From Streptococcus cristatus (GTDB lineage Bacteria > Bacillota > Bacilli > Lactobacillales > Streptococcaceae): DNA of 52,948 bases. Under the pieces are notes generated by a model, which was not told the origin of the DNA, did no database searches, and saw nothing but the letters and a program-made list of their open reading frames with translations. The stretch covers positions 1 to 52,948 of the forward strand of contig CAJPQE010000001.1 in NCBI GenBank assembly GCA_905372795.1, read 5' to 3'. The translations under genes and the position numbers were made by a program. How positions within the stretch are numbered: position 1 is the stretch's first letter; the number at the start of each line of letters is the position of its first letter. Shown here one piece after another: positions 30,264-40,656 of the stretch.

Positions 30264-31508
30264 TTATTTTTTAAACCAAAGGTCATTCAAAAATCCTGAG
30301 AAGATCAAGAATGAGAACATGACAACATGGAAGGTGATAACAACCCCCAGCGCTTGGGTCCACTTGTTGTCAGGCAGGGCTGGTAATCCCTTGCTTTTAC
30401 GCTCTTTATTGATGGTCTTTTTCTTACGGAGCCAAGCGTCATTGACCACCAAGCCCAGACCGTGGAAAAGACCATAGGCGATATAATACCAGGTCACACC
30501 ATGCCAGAAGCCCATGACCAACATATTGATCAGATAGGCCACACTAGAAGTCGTATTGCGGTTTTTAAAGACCTTGTTGCGCATGAGCACCATGACCAGG
30601 CGCATAAAGACAAAGTCACGGAACCAGAAGGACAGACTCATGTGCCAGCGATTCCAGAATTCCTTCAAATCGCGTGAAACAAAAGGCTTATCGAAGTTGA
30701 TTGGGCTCTTGATGCCCATAAGATTGGAAATGGCCACCGCAAACATCGAATAACCGGCAAAATCAAAGAAGAGATCCAGACCAAAGACATACATGACACC
30801 TAGCGTTCCCAGATTGAAGAAACCGCCAGTATAGAGAGCATAGGTCTTGACATGCCCTAAAATCATGTGGCCAAAGATATGAGCTAGGACAAACTTATAG
30901 AGAAAGCCCAGCATGATATATTTGACCGACTGCTCCAGCATATCCAAAAGCTCATTGCGCTCTGGAATTTGGAGATAATTTTCATTGAAACGCTTAAAAC
31001 GATCAATGGGACCACTCGAAAAAGTGGGCATAAAGAGCATAAAGCGGAGGAATTCCCAGAGGCTGAAATCAGTCAGCACGCCATCCCTCAGCTCAATAAT
31101 CATACCAACTGAGCGGAAGGTCAGATAGGAAATTCCCAGAAAGCCAAAGAGTGATTGGTGGCCACTGATAGCTGGTTCAACCTTGACCCAGAATAGGGGC
31201 AGAACCGCCAGTGCTGTATGCAAATAAAATATCCACTTGCTGTCCTGCTTTTTGCGGTAGAATTTATAAGAATAAACCCAAATCGTCTGCCAGACGACAT
31301 AAAAGAGCAGGGCATAGAGCTGCGCCAGACTAGGACCCGTCAGCATCAAGACAATAAAGGCCAAGCTGACTAAGGCTTCATAGACCGGGAAGCGTTTCTT
31401 AAAGAAAAGTCCGATAAAGATTGGCAAAACGGCCAAGATAAGATAAAGGAAATACTGTGGGTCTCCGTAAGGCTCCAGATGAGGAAGCTGTTTCAAGAAA
31501 TCCATCAT
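30264..31508 (-). CDS. dltB: MBOAT protein DltB
   Basis: [29 protein letters not shown]. Confidence 0.96.
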   Translation of the reverse strand: MMDFLKQLPHLEPYGDPQYFLYLILAVLPIFIGLFFKKRFPVYEALVSLAFIVLMLTGPSLAQLYALLFYVVWQTIWVYSYKFYRKKQDSKWIFYLHTALAVLPLFWVKVEPAISGHQSLFGFLGISYLTFRSVGMIIELRDGVLTDFSLWEFLRFMLFMPTFSSGPIDRFKRFNENYLQIPERNELLDMLEQSVKYIMLGFLYKFVLAHIFGHMILGHVKTYALYTGGFFNLGTLGVMYVFGLDLFFDFAGYSMFAVAISNLMGIKSPINFDKPFVSRDLKEFWNRWHMSLSFWFRDFVFMRLVMVLMRNKVFKNRNTTSSVAYLINMLVMGFWHGVTWYYIAYGLFHGLGLVVNDAWLRKKKTINKERKSKGLPALPDNKWTQALGVVITFHVVMFSFLIFSGFLNDLWFKK

Positions 31509-33055
31509 GACTTGTTGACCTCACTAATCAGCCCCTTGATATCAATCTTACCGTTTGGTGTTAGAGGCAGAGATTCCCGATAGAGGAACTTAGACGGCAT
31601 CATATAAGACATCATGATATCCTGTAGATCCTCCTTGATAGCCTTGGTAATATCGATTTCGCGGTCAAATTGCTCCGCAACACCGTCTTTCAAAATAACG
31701 TAGGCCAATAAGTTTTGAACCTTGTGGTCCTTATTATAACGTGGCACTGCTACTGCCGCCTCGATATACTTGGATTTATTGAGGTTTTGAGATACGTCCT
31801 CTAGCTCGATGCGATAGCCGTTAAACTTAATCTGGAAGTCCATACGACCGCCGTAGAGTAGGAGACCTTCATCAGTCATCGTCCCCACATCACCTGTATG
31901 ATAGGCTGGTAGCCCTTCAAATTCAAAGAAGGCTTCAGCTGTCTTTTCAGGATTGTTGAGGTAGCCCTTGGATACGGCTGGGCCACAGACAATGATTTCC
32001 CCCTGCTGACCATTTGGCAATTTTTGCCCATTTTCATCAATGACAAAGGTTGGTGAATCCGCCTTGGTATAGCCGATTGGCAGACGCTTGAGGGTCGCTA
32101 GCATCTCATCCGTGATGGCAACTGCAGACAGAGCCACCGTTGCTTCGGTCGGGCCATAGGCATTGATAATACGAGCCTCAGGGAAACGCTCCCGCAATTT
32201 CTGAGCTGTCTTGACCGTCAGCTCCTCCCCATCAAAGTAAAAATGCGTAATGCCTGGCATTTTTTGGCTGTTAAAATCTTCCGAAAGCATGGCCATATCC
32301 GCAAAGGACGGTGTAGAAGTCCAGATTGCTACAGGCAGGCTGAGAATCGCTTCAAATAGCTGCTTGAAGTCCTGAGTCAGACTAGAAGGCAGGGCATAGA
32401 GAGTCCCTCCCAACGCCAAAGTCGGTGCCCAGTACATAACTGACAAGTCAAAAGAATAAGGCGGTTGTGCCAGCATTTGCGGACGGCTCGGTGTCGCAAA
32501 TTCCTTGTCTGTAATCATCCAGTTGGTAAAACTAAGCAGGTTATCATGAGAGATTTGCACACCTTTAGGTTTGCCAGTCGTACCAGAAGTAAAGATGATG
32601 TAGTAATTGTCATCACCCTTGACTGGATGACTCATCTCATAGGCAGTCTTCTCTGCGTAAGCCGCTCGAACCTCTGCTAGACTGAGAATGGCTGCATCTG
32701 TATCAGCCAGCGGAAAATCCGCAATGGCAATAATCAAGCTTGGTTCAGCTACTTCCAAAATAGCAGTCACGCGCTCCAAGGCTGAATGACTATCAATAGG
32801 AATATAAGCATGACCTGCTTTGGTCAAAGCCACAAAAGTAGCCAGCATTTCGTACTCCTGACCACCGTAGACCACGACTGGTGACTTGGGAGCCAGCCCC
32901 AAGCTATCAATCTTGGCTGCCAGTGCATCGGAATCGGCCTTTAGATCTCCGTAGGTATGGACTTGTCCGAGGACATTGTAGACAGGGAAATCTGGCTGCG
33001 TCTGAGCAAAGTGCTCAATCGCTTCAATCATATCTGTAATTGCTGTATTTGACAT
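31505..33055 (-). CDS. dltA: D-alanine--D-alanyl carrier protein ligase
   Basis: [32 protein letters not shown]. Confidence 0.97.
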   Translation of the reverse strand: MSNTAITDMIEAIEHFAQTQPDFPVYNVLGQVHTYGDLKADSDALAAKIDSLGLAPKSPVVVYGGQEYEMLATFVALTKAGHAYIPIDSHSALERVTAILEVAEPSLIIAIADFPLADTDAAILSLAEVRAAYAEKTAYEMSHPVKGDDNYYIIFTSGTTGKPKGVQISHDNLLSFTNWMITDKEFATPSRPQMLAQPPYSFDLSVMYWAPTLALGGTLYALPSSLTQDFKQLFEAILSLPVAIWTSTPSFADMAMLSEDFNSQKMPGITHFYFDGEELTVKTAQKLRERFPEARIINAYGPTEATVALSAVAITDEMLATLKRLPIGYTKADSPTFVIDENGQKLPNGQQGEIIVCGPAVSKGYLNNPEKTAEAFFEFEGLPAYHTGDVGTMTDEGLLLYGGRMDFQIKFNGYRIELEDVSQNLNKSKYIEAAVAVPRYNKDHKVQNLLAYVILKDGVAEQFDREIDITKAIKEDLQDIMMSYMMPSKFLYRESLPLTPNGKIDIKGLISEVNKS

Positions 33056-33075
33056 GTGTATAGTACTCTCTTACA

Positions 33076-33207
33076 TTAAAATTCATTGTAGATAAAGCCA
33101 CCTTGACCTTGACCAAGATAACTAAAGAAATAAAGCAGGGCTACGAAAATCACAAAGTATAGCAATGTCTGCCCTACAAACTTATAAATCGTCTTATATT
33201 TCGTCAT
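33076..33207 (-). CDS. dltX: Teichoic acid D-Ala incorporation protein DltX; absent from the ORF track
   Basis: Manual translation MTKYKTIYKFVGQTLLYFVIFVALLYFFSYLGQGQGGFIYNEF*; conserved FIYNEF tail. Confidence 0.93.
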   Translation of the reverse strand: MTKYKTIYKFVGQTLLYFVIFVALLYFFSYLGQGQGGFIYNEF

Positions 33208-33472
33208 TTCATTCACTCTTATCTTTTTTAGATAGACATAGATTATTTTACCATTTTATAGAGAAAGATTTCAATATAAAAGCTATCAATTGTGTAAAGT
33301 TCTTGTAAGGAAATAAGGAGAAAAAGAGTTACTTCCCTTATCTTTCAAGGGTGAAATCCTTTTCAAAATCTATAAGTGAAATTTCTATATATTACTTGAC
33401 TTTTTGTTCAAAAGGGGTTATCCTATATGTAGAAAGTTTATATATAATATTTTTATATATAGGAGGTAGTGC

Positions 33473-33799
33473 ATGTATTTCCCTACATCTTCTACCCTGA
33501 TAGAATTTCTGATTTTAGCGATTTTAGATAAAGAAGATTCCTATGGCTACGAGATTAGCCAGACTATCAAGCTCATTGCCGATATTAAGGAGTCCACGCT
33601 TTATCCTATCCTGAAAAAATTGGAAAAGAGTCAGTATTTAGCGACTTACTCTCAGGAATATCAAGGTCGAAAACGAAAATATTACTCTCTGACCCCAACA
33701 GGTCAGAAACAACTGGTTCGGCTCAAAAATGAATGGGAGCTTTATACCAGCATGATTAAGGGCATTATCGAAGGGAGTGTTCGCCATGACAAGAACTGA
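33473..33799 (+). CDS. PadR-family transcriptional regulator
   Basis: SYGYEI, ESTLYPILKKLE, RKYYSLT. Confidence 0.92.
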   Translation: MYFPTSSTLIEFLILAILDKEDSYGYEISQTIKLIADIKESTLYPILKKLEKSQYLATYSQEYQGRKRKYYSLTPTGQKQLVRLKNEWELYTSMIKGIIEGSVRHDKN

Positions 33800-34385
33800 A
33801 TATCTAGCCCAGCTAGAAAAATATTTAAAAAAGTTGCCAGCAAAAGACTATCAAGAAGCCATGGACTACTTCACCGAGTACTTTGACGAGGTCGGTCCAG
33901 AGGGAGAGACAGCAGCTATAGCTGAGCTTGGTAGTCCCAAAGAAGCGGCTCACGAGATTATCATCAATCTTCTGGACAAGAAAATAGAAGAAGACAGTCA
34001 AGAAGCTAGCTCCGTCAAAAATAGCAAGCAGATCGTCCAGATTGCTATTCTGTCCATCTTGGCAGCTCCACTAGCAATTCCTCTATTAATTTTGGCTTTG
34101 ACTTTGATTTTTACTTTCTTCCTCCTCATCAGTGTCTTTGCTTTTGTTATAGCCGTCTTTGCTTTTGCTATGTTTGTCATGGGGGCGAGTCTGATTTGGG
34201 ACAGCCTGACTCTCGGCATGACCACTTCGATTCCTGCTTTTGCCCTTAGTTTGGGTATGAGCCTTTTAACCTTGGGGCTGGCTGGACTCTTCTATCTCAG
34301 CATTGGTCCTATCCTTCGCTTTATCAAACTGAGTTTTGTCAAACTCGCCCAAGCCTTGGCACGGAAAGGAGGCCGTCATGTCTAA
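33786..34385 (+). CDS. DUF1700 membrane protein
   Basis: MTRTEYLAQLEKYL...YFDE...ELGSPKE; hydrophobic C-terminal half; PadR context. Confidence 0.85.
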   Translation: MTRTEYLAQLEKYLKKLPAKDYQEAMDYFTEYFDEVGPEGETAAIAELGSPKEAAHEIIINLLDKKIEEDSQEASSVKNSKQIVQIAILSILAAPLAIPLLILALTLIFTFFLLISVFAFVIAVFAFAMFVMGASLIWDSLTLGMTTSIPAFALSLGMSLLTLGLAGLFYLSIGPILRFIKLSFVKLAQALARKGGRHV

Positions 34386-35277
34386 AGTAAGAAAAACCAT
34401 ACTCAGTATTACTGTCGCCGCCTGTCTACTAGGAGTAGGCCTGATATTGGTCGGTCTAGCCAGTGGTGGTCTGCAGGATCTGGTGAGGAGCTCAGCCGCT
34501 AGCACCAAGATGGCCAAGCAAGAAGAAACCTATGGCAATATCCATTCCTTAAATCTAGACCTGAGCAACCGCTCGGTTGTGATTGAAGAATCGCCCGATG
34601 ATAAGGTTCACTTGACCTATTATCAAGGAGACGGCAAGACAACTGAAAAAATCAGTACCAAGGCTGAAAACGGTAGTCTATACATTAAGGAATCCAGCTT
34701 TTTTATCAACATTAACAGCAGCCTACGCTCTTTACTAGGCTTGATAAATGGAGATTTGGAAAGGACTCAACAAATCACTCTAAGCCTACCTAAGGGAAGG
34801 AACTTGGAGCAGGTTAAGGCCAGTTTAGCTAACGGCAGCCTATCAATCAATGACCTGACAATCAAAAAATTAAAAGCCGATCTCAGCAATGGTTCAATCG
34901 AACTCAGTCATAGCCAGATTGAGACTGGCAGTATCGAAAATGACAATGGTAGCATCGAGCTAGTCCAAACCAGCCTGACCGATACTCAAATCAGTCTCTC
35001 CAACGGCAGTATCACTAGTGATAAACTAACCCTCAAGGGCAATATCAACATGTCCAGCGACAATGGCTCCATCGATCTCCATCTCACCGAAGAGACCTTC
35101 AAAGCCATCTCACTGGACCTGCAAACAGACCTAGGTGACATTGAAGTGCCCAAGGACATGCAGACGAGCCACGACCAAGAGGACTTTATCGGAGATCGAG
35201 TCATCCACACCAATGAACAGGCTCAAGCCAAGCTGACCGCCAGCACCAGCACCGGTAGTATTGAGATTAGTCATTAA
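34378..35277 (+). CDS. DUF4097 beta-strand repeat protein
   Basis: N-terminal TM; repeated (S/D)NGSI motifs; AGGAGG RBS. Confidence 0.85.
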   Translation: MSKVRKTILSITVAACLLGVGLILVGLASGGLQDLVRSSAASTKMAKQEETYGNIHSLNLDLSNRSVVIEESPDDKVHLTYYQGDGKTTEKISTKAENGSLYIKESSFFININSSLRSLLGLINGDLERTQQITLSLPKGRNLEQVKASLANGSLSINDLTIKKLKADLSNGSIELSHSQIETGSIENDNGSIELVQTSLTDTQISLSNGSITSDKLTLKGNINMSSDNGSIDLHLTEETFKAISLDLQTDLGDIEVPKDMQTSHDQEDFIGDRVIHTNEQAQAKLTASTSTGSIEISH

Positions 35278-35283
35278 AAATAG

Positions 35284-35310
35284 AACGGAGCCTGATTGGT
35301 TCCGTTTTTT
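35284..35310 (+). terminator. Rho-independent terminator
   Basis: AACGGAGCC-TGATT-GGTTCCGTTTTTT. Confidence 0.7.
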
Positions 35311-35395
35311 ATGGTTATTTTCTCTAACCCTACCTTTACTTCCTATATCCTTTATGTTATGATACTCTATAAAAAATTATCATAAGGAGGTCCCT

Positions 35396-36349
35396 ATGAA
35401 AAAACTCACATCTGGCATGCACATTCGGGTCGTCAGTCCCTCGTCGTCAATCGAACGCCTTGGTGGCTTTGAAGCCAATCTAGCCGCCAAGGAGCGCTTG
35501 GAAAAGCTAGGATTTACCGTGTCTTTTTCGGAGCATTATCTGGAAAATGATATACTAGGCTCTGCCTCCATCGAAAGCCGGGTGGCAGACATCCATGCTG
35601 CCTTTTCGGATGACTCCGTTGATGCTATTCTGGCCACCATCGGCGGTTTCAACTGTAATGAGCTCCTGCCCTATCTGGACTTTGAATTGATTGCTAGAAA
35701 TCCTAAGATTTTCTGCGGCTACTCGGATACTACTGCCTTGCTCAACGCTATCTATAGCAAGACTGGCATGAAAACCTACATGGGACCGTCCTACTCCAGC
35801 TTTAAGATGGATGCCCTGCAGGACTATCAGACCGAGAGCTGGCTCAAGGCCGTCAGCCATACTTCTTATGAATTGACTCCTAGTGAGAAATGGGGCGACA
35901 ATGCTTGGTATCTGCCCGATGCGCCACTGACCTTCCATGAGACGGAGTGGAAAGTTTATCACCACGGGCAAGCCCAAGCCACTGCTATCGGCGGCAATCT
36001 CTCCACCTTCTCACTTCTGCGTGGAACACCTTATGCGCCAACAGATGAAAACTATGTCCTCTTTGTTGAAGAGGCCGAGGAAGATGATTATGTGGAGTTT
36101 GACCGCAATCTAGCTGCCCTCCTTCAGGCCTACCCTAACCCGCAGGCCCTTCTCATCGGCCGCTTTCCAAAAGAATGCCAGATGACAGAGGAGCTGCTCC
36201 TTTATATCTTGGATAAACATCCGATTCTCAAACAAATTCCCGTTCTTTATGACTTGGACTTTGCTCATACTCAGCCGCTCTTTACCATTACCATCGGTGC
36301 TCAAGTGACCGTGGATACAGAGAAGATGTCTATCAGAATTGATGAATAA
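35396..36349 (+). CDS. S66 peptidase (LD-carboxypeptidase/MccF-like)
   Basis: VVSPSS, GYSDTTAL, GGNLS, DFAHTQP. Confidence 0.9.
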   Translation: MKKLTSGMHIRVVSPSSSIERLGGFEANLAAKERLEKLGFTVSFSEHYLENDILGSASIESRVADIHAAFSDDSVDAILATIGGFNCNELLPYLDFELIARNPKIFCGYSDTTALLNAIYSKTGMKTYMGPSYSSFKMDALQDYQTESWLKAVSHTSYELTPSEKWGDNAWYLPDAPLTFHETEWKVYHHGQAQATAIGGNLSTFSLLRGTPYAPTDENYVLFVEEAEEDDYVEFDRNLAALLQAYPNPQALLIGRFPKECQMTEELLLYILDKHPILKQIPVLYDLDFAHTQPLFTITIGAQVTVDTEKMSIRIDE

Positions 36350-36388
36350 ACAAGAGACGACCTCCAAACAAAAGGTCGTTTTTGATAT

Positions 36389-37639
36389 CTAAAAGTCATG
36401 AATCATCTCTAAACAGCGCTCCAAATCCACATCCCGCTCCAGATGCTCAACTGTCCAAGGAATAAGGATGTCTGGTTCAATCCCCTTGTCTGTCATCCCC
36501 TGTCCCTTATCAAGTGCTAGAGCGCGTGAAGTTGGAAAGTTCAAACTATAGTCACCATAATCTACCTGACAGCAGTTAGAATAATCTAGTATTCCAAGAG
36601 TCGGGCGCCCCAGAACCGTCACCTTAGGAAACCATTTCATCATCTGGACAAAATTGTCTCCCGACGAAGCACAGTAGACATCTGCCAAGACAAAAATCTT
36701 CTCAGGATGGCTTCCTCCTTTCACATTAGGAAACATTTCCCTGTCCTCGCCTCCAAATTTGACATAGCCTTTGCCCCGATTGGCCTGCAGGTCTTGCATG
36801 ATTATCTCCAACAAATCCTTCGTTTCCTGATTAATCCCTTCCTGCTGCACGTAGGCTTCAAAATCTTTCAAACGCAGGTCAACATTCCGCTCTGTGTAGA
36901 GAATTTCCATCCCTTCATCAGTCCTACCCAAGTCAGAATAGACTTGCCCCTCAGAAAGAGCATAGTGGAGCAGGGGAAAATACAGCGAGTCCATCCCGCC
37001 AGTATTTTGACGGACATCAATCACCAGACAAGCAGCCCTCTTGATAGCATCTTGTGCTTCCTGATAGAGTTTGTTGATGGCTTTCTCGTTCCTAAAGTCA
37101 TCCAAACGGAGATAAACAACACCCTTTTCTAACTCTTTCCATTCAAATCGACTTTCTATAGGATTCTGGCTAGGCTCAACTGAAAGGATTTGCTCTGCTC
37201 CTGCTCGCAAAACAGTCACTTGCCTAGCTTTTGAAATCAACTCGCTCCACTCACGGTAGTTTCGCTCGGGCGTTGAACTGGCAAAATACGCTCGGTGCAT
37301 CCTATAAGACTCTTCTAGATGTTGTCCATCCAGTTTCACAATTTGATCGCCCGCCTGCAAATTCGTATCCGCATTAGCCTGCTCAACATAAAGTCCTTGG
37401 ATTGTTGAACGTAGAACAAAACCTTTTGGTTTAGCATATTTCTCCCGAAAAGCTACGTGGCCTATAACTCCGAAGCTAGCTAGATAAGTCTGAACCTGAT
37501 AAAGAAAGTCCTTTTCACTCATATCGTCTGAAATACATTCGCGAAAACCAGTCGGATCCGCACCGTCAATATCCTTTTTAGTTGCAGAATCTTGGGTCAT
37601 AATCGAAACAACATCTTCAAAAATAGCCGTTTTTCTCAT
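36389..37639 (-). CDS. S41-family peptidase
   Basis: PDZ-like LQAGDQIVKLDG; VIDVRQNTGG; CASSGD; GIEPDI; GAGGAG RBS before ATG 37639; no signal peptide. Confidence 0.85.
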   Translation of the reverse strand: MRKTAIFEDVVSIMTQDSATKKDIDGADPTGFRECISDDMSEKDFLYQVQTYLASFGVIGHVAFREKYAKPKGFVLRSTIQGLYVEQANADTNLQAGDQIVKLDGQHLEESYRMHRAYFASSTPERNYREWSELISKARQVTVLRAGAEQILSVEPSQNPIESRFEWKELEKGVVYLRLDDFRNEKAINKLYQEAQDAIKRAACLVIDVRQNTGGMDSLYFPLLHYALSEGQVYSDLGRTDEGMEILYTERNVDLRLKDFEAYVQQEGINQETKDLLEIIMQDLQANRGKGYVKFGGEDREMFPNVKGGSHPEKIFVLADVYCASSGDNFVQMMKWFPKVTVLGRPTLGILDYSNCCQVDYGDYSLNFPTSRALALDKGQGMTDKGIEPDILIPWTVEHLERDVDLERCLEMIHDF

Positions 37640-37745
37640 CGTATTGCTCCTCGTCATTATTGAGACTAGTATATCATTTTTGTACATTTTATGCCGATTT
37701 AAACAAAAAAATCTAAGCACAATCTCTGCTTAGATTTTTTTCTAA

Positions 37746-38996
37746 TCAATGTCCACCGGGGCCGCCACCTTGTCCGCCTGGGGCACCACCGCCACCAGGG
37801 CCATCGGCTGTGATTTCGGTTCGGGTTTGCCCATTGACCGTGATAGTCCCGCCCGTATAGGTAGCCTTACCATCAAAGTCAAAGGCAGACACAGTGGACG
37901 TGATAGCTAGGTTTCCGCCTGTCATGATGATATCGCCGTTGGAATCAAGGGCGTCTGTATCGCCTTGGCCGACCTCAACCTTGATGTCACCTCCAGTAAT
38001 CTTAATGAAAATCTCAGCCCCAGTCGCTGTACTAGCCGCATTGATTCCATCATCCGTCGCATAAAGGTCAAGTGTACCGCCATTAATCGTGACATTTGTT
38101 CCCTCTAAAGCTTCGACACTGGACTTGACTGTGATGGTGCCACCGTCGATCACCGCTGCATTGCTGGCATGAAGACCGTCATCACCAGCATTAATCGTAA
38201 TGGTCCCAGACTGAATATAGAGATTTCCGAGCGAAGTATCCTCATCGTTATCTGCGTGGATCGCATCCTCCGTCGCAGTAATATCTAGACTAGCCTCCTT
38301 GATGTTGATGGCATCATTGGCTGACAAGCCATTCTTGTAGCCTTTAATCGTATAAGTCCCGCCTGTGATACGCAGGTCATCATTAGATTCGACCGCGTTA
38401 CCGTATTTTCCTTCAATGGTCAGACTGCCTGAGCCGTTGAAGGTCAAGTCGTCCTTACTGTAAATAGCCGCATCGTAGTCAGTATTGGTGTGATTGGCTG
38501 AGTCAGAAATGCTATTCTTGCTACCTTCTGCTAGGGTAATGAAGGTCTTATCTGCATTTTCTACCACAATCGCTGCATCCGTCCCTGTCATGGTCACACC
38601 ATCCAATACGATTTGTACCTTGTCTTGATCGCCAGCCTTGACAACAATCTGCACATTTTCACTGCTACCAGAGAGGACATAGGTTCCAGCTGCCGTAATG
38701 GTCACTGTGGAGCCAGAAACGCTCGCTCCGTCACCGGACGTCTTGGCTGTGGAGCCACTCAAGCTAATCTTGGTCGCTGTCGCCTCATCATAAGAAGCAT
38801 CCTGATCACGATCCGTGAAATAGCTAGATGTATCTGTCTTTGTCGTACTGGTAGCTGTTTGAGTGGTCGTGGCACTAGCACTCGTGCTAGTGCTGGACTG
38901 GCTGGTCACGCTACAAGCTCCCAAGGTGACAGTCATTAGCGCTAGGGGCACCATTAGTTTTATTTTCTGAAATATTTTTTTCTTGCCTGTTTTCAT
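37746..38996 (-). CDS. Carbohydrate-binding-domain (DUF4353/Cthe_2159-like) lipoprotein
   Basis: Lipobox LGAC; Ser/Thr linker; ITAAGTYVLSG, repeated DDG(I/L)(H/N)A and GGTI beta-helix motifs; Gly/Pro tail. Confidence 0.85.
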   Translation of the reverse strand: MKTGKKKIFQKIKLMVPLALMTVTLGACSVTSQSSTSTSASATTTQTATSTTKTDTSSYFTDRDQDASYDEATATKISLSGSTAKTSGDGASVSGSTVTITAAGTYVLSGSSENVQIVVKAGDQDKVQIVLDGVTMTGTDAAIVVENADKTFITLAEGSKNSISDSANHTNTDYDAAIYSKDDLTFNGSGSLTIEGKYGNAVESNDDLRITGGTYTIKGYKNGLSANDAINIKEASLDITATEDAIHADNDEDTSLGNLYIQSGTITINAGDDGLHASNAAVIDGGTITVKSSVEALEGTNVTINGGTLDLYATDDGINAASTATGAEIFIKITGGDIKVEVGQGDTDALDSNGDIIMTGGNLAITSTVSAFDFDGKATYTGGTITVNGQTRTEITADGPGGGGAPGGQGGGPGGH

Positions 38997-39016
38997 GATT
39001 GGCCTCTTTCTAGATA

Positions 39017-39697
39017 TTATAATTCATTTTCTTTCGTGATATAGCGGCTAATGGCAATCTCTAGATTTCCATTGCGCGTGCGTAGGGCATCGATGAGTTC
39101 TTTTTCGGTCATTCGACCATTCAGCTGAATGATGTATTTAATCTTGAACAAGCTCCCCATATCAGAGGTTTTGACATTGGCTAGTTCAACATGATTGGCA
39201 GCTTTGTTGAAAATATCATCAAAAATGCTTTCATAATCCAGACTTTCTGGTATGACGATAGTCAGCTGGCGCATGGAATGCTTCATCTGTCCGAAATTGA
39301 CCACTTCAAGCAGCAGCATGACGAGCGACATGATGAGGGTAAAGACGGTCGCAAAGACTAGATAGCCCATTCCGATGGCAATCCCGATTGTCATGACTAG
39401 GAAAATGGACACCAGCTCCTTGGCCCCTCCTGGTGCGGAACGGAAACGAATCAAGCTGAAGGCCCCCATGACGGCAACCCCTGCTCCCAAACTTCCATTG
39501 ACCAAGAAAATCACAATTGCAATCAAGGTCGGTAAGAGCGCCAAACTCATCACAAAGGACTTGCTGTAAACTGTCTTAAACTGGTAAACCTTGGCAATGA
39601 CTAAGCCCAAAAGCAAGGATACTCCGATAGCCAACATCATCATAGCCGGATCTACGGCCGTATCGGTAAAAATATCATAAAATAAGTGACTAAGCAT
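39017..39697 (-). CDS. DUF4956 membrane protein
   Basis: GAGVAVMGAFSLIRFRS motif; C-terminal IDALRTRNGNLEI. Confidence 0.88.
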   Translation of the reverse strand: MLSHLFYDIFTDTAVDPAMMMLAIGVSLLLGLVIAKVYQFKTVYSKSFVMSLALLPTLIAIVIFLVNGSLGAGVAVMGAFSLIRFRSAPGGAKELVSIFLVMTIGIAIGMGYLVFATVFTLIMSLVMLLLEVVNFGQMKHSMRQLTIVIPESLDYESIFDDIFNKAANHVELANVKTSDMGSLFKIKYIIQLNGRMTEKELIDALRTRNGNLEIAISRYITKENEL

Positions 39698-40415
39698 GAT
39701 TTACAACTCCTTTATAGTCTGTCGTTTTCTTATAAGCAACCCCGTATTTGGAAAAGGAGCTTGGGAAGACCTGATGGCGATCCAAAATCTCACTCAGCCA
39801 GAGCGGATAGGCTCCTGGCACCTTGACTTCCATAATCACATGATGATCCGGTAGAAGATTTTCACCGTAATGACCATGCAAGAGGCTCAAATCATAGTTG
39901 CGGTAGGTCAAATCGTGGTCAATGGTAATCCGAACATTGGGATCCTCAATCCCCTTCATAGAATAACGATTGTAGTAGATATACATCATGGGCTGCAGGC
40001 CACCGTAGCGCTGACCCAGCCAGTCGATTTCCTCACGAATCTGACAATCTTCAATCTTACTGTGATCGCCCTCCAAGTAAGCCTCGGCAGCTACTAAATC
40101 TGTCGAAATGCGGCGTTTGTAGACAATCTTACGCACTTTTTTCTTGATTTCCAAAAAGACTTGACTGTCTTCTTTCGGATGTTCATCGTAAGTCCGCACG
40201 CGCAATTTTTCTTTAAAATAGGGCTTTTCTAAGGACTCACGAATCATTTGATAAGTCGGGGTGTCGTAGTAAAGATTATGGATGGTCGAGTAAGCATGCT
40301 CATCCTCCACCAGATGACTTTCAAACTCGGTCAATAAATCAGCCAAAGTTTCTTTGGAAATAATATATTTGGTTTCAAAGCGTTGAAATTTATCTTTAAA
40401 TGTTTTTTTAGCCAT
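39690..40415 (-). CDS. Polyphosphate polymerase (VTC)-domain protein
   Basis: RFETKY, LYYDT, KLRVRTY, FLEIKKK, RITID, IMEVK, FSKY; GGGGGAG RBS before ATG 40415. Confidence 0.88.
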   Translation of the reverse strand: MAKKTFKDKFQRFETKYIISKETLADLLTEFESHLVEDEHAYSTIHNLYYDTPTYQMIRESLEKPYFKEKLRVRTYDEHPKEDSQVFLEIKKKVRKIVYKRRISTDLVAAEAYLEGDHSKIEDCQIREEIDWLGQRYGGLQPMMYIYYNRYSMKGIEDPNVRITIDHDLTYRNYDLSLLHGHYGENLLPDHHVIMEVKVPGAYPLWLSEILDRHQVFPSSFSKYGVAYKKTTDYKGVVNHA

Positions 40416-40449
40416 GGATTCTCCCCCTGTCTTTCTTGTAACTAGAGCC

Positions 40450-40493
40450 ATTTTACGGATGAAAACTTAAAGCAAGGCTAAAGAAAACTTAAA
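40450..40493 (-). promoter_or_regulatory. Response-regulator (CiaR-like) direct repeats plus -10
   Basis: Minus strand TTTAAG-N5-TTTAGC-N5-TTTAAG-N10-TAAAAT; no consensus -35. Confidence 0.6.
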
Positions 40494-40568
40494 GAAAACA
40501 AAACATTATTATTTTCATACTGAATAAAATAGACTTGTGGAGAAAATCTATACAATAAAATTCTCTGC

Positions 40569-40584
40569 TGTTTCACGTGAAACA
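40569..40584. promoter_or_regulatory. parS: parS site (ParB/Spo0J binding)
   Basis: Perfect palindrome TGTTTCACGTGAAACA, intergenic, in an origin-proximal gene context. Confidence 0.92.
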
Positions 40585-40656
40585 AAAAAACTTGGTTCTG
40601 TTCACAAAACCAAGTTGTTCCTTTCATAGAGAAAATAATCTGCACTCTTCTCTATC

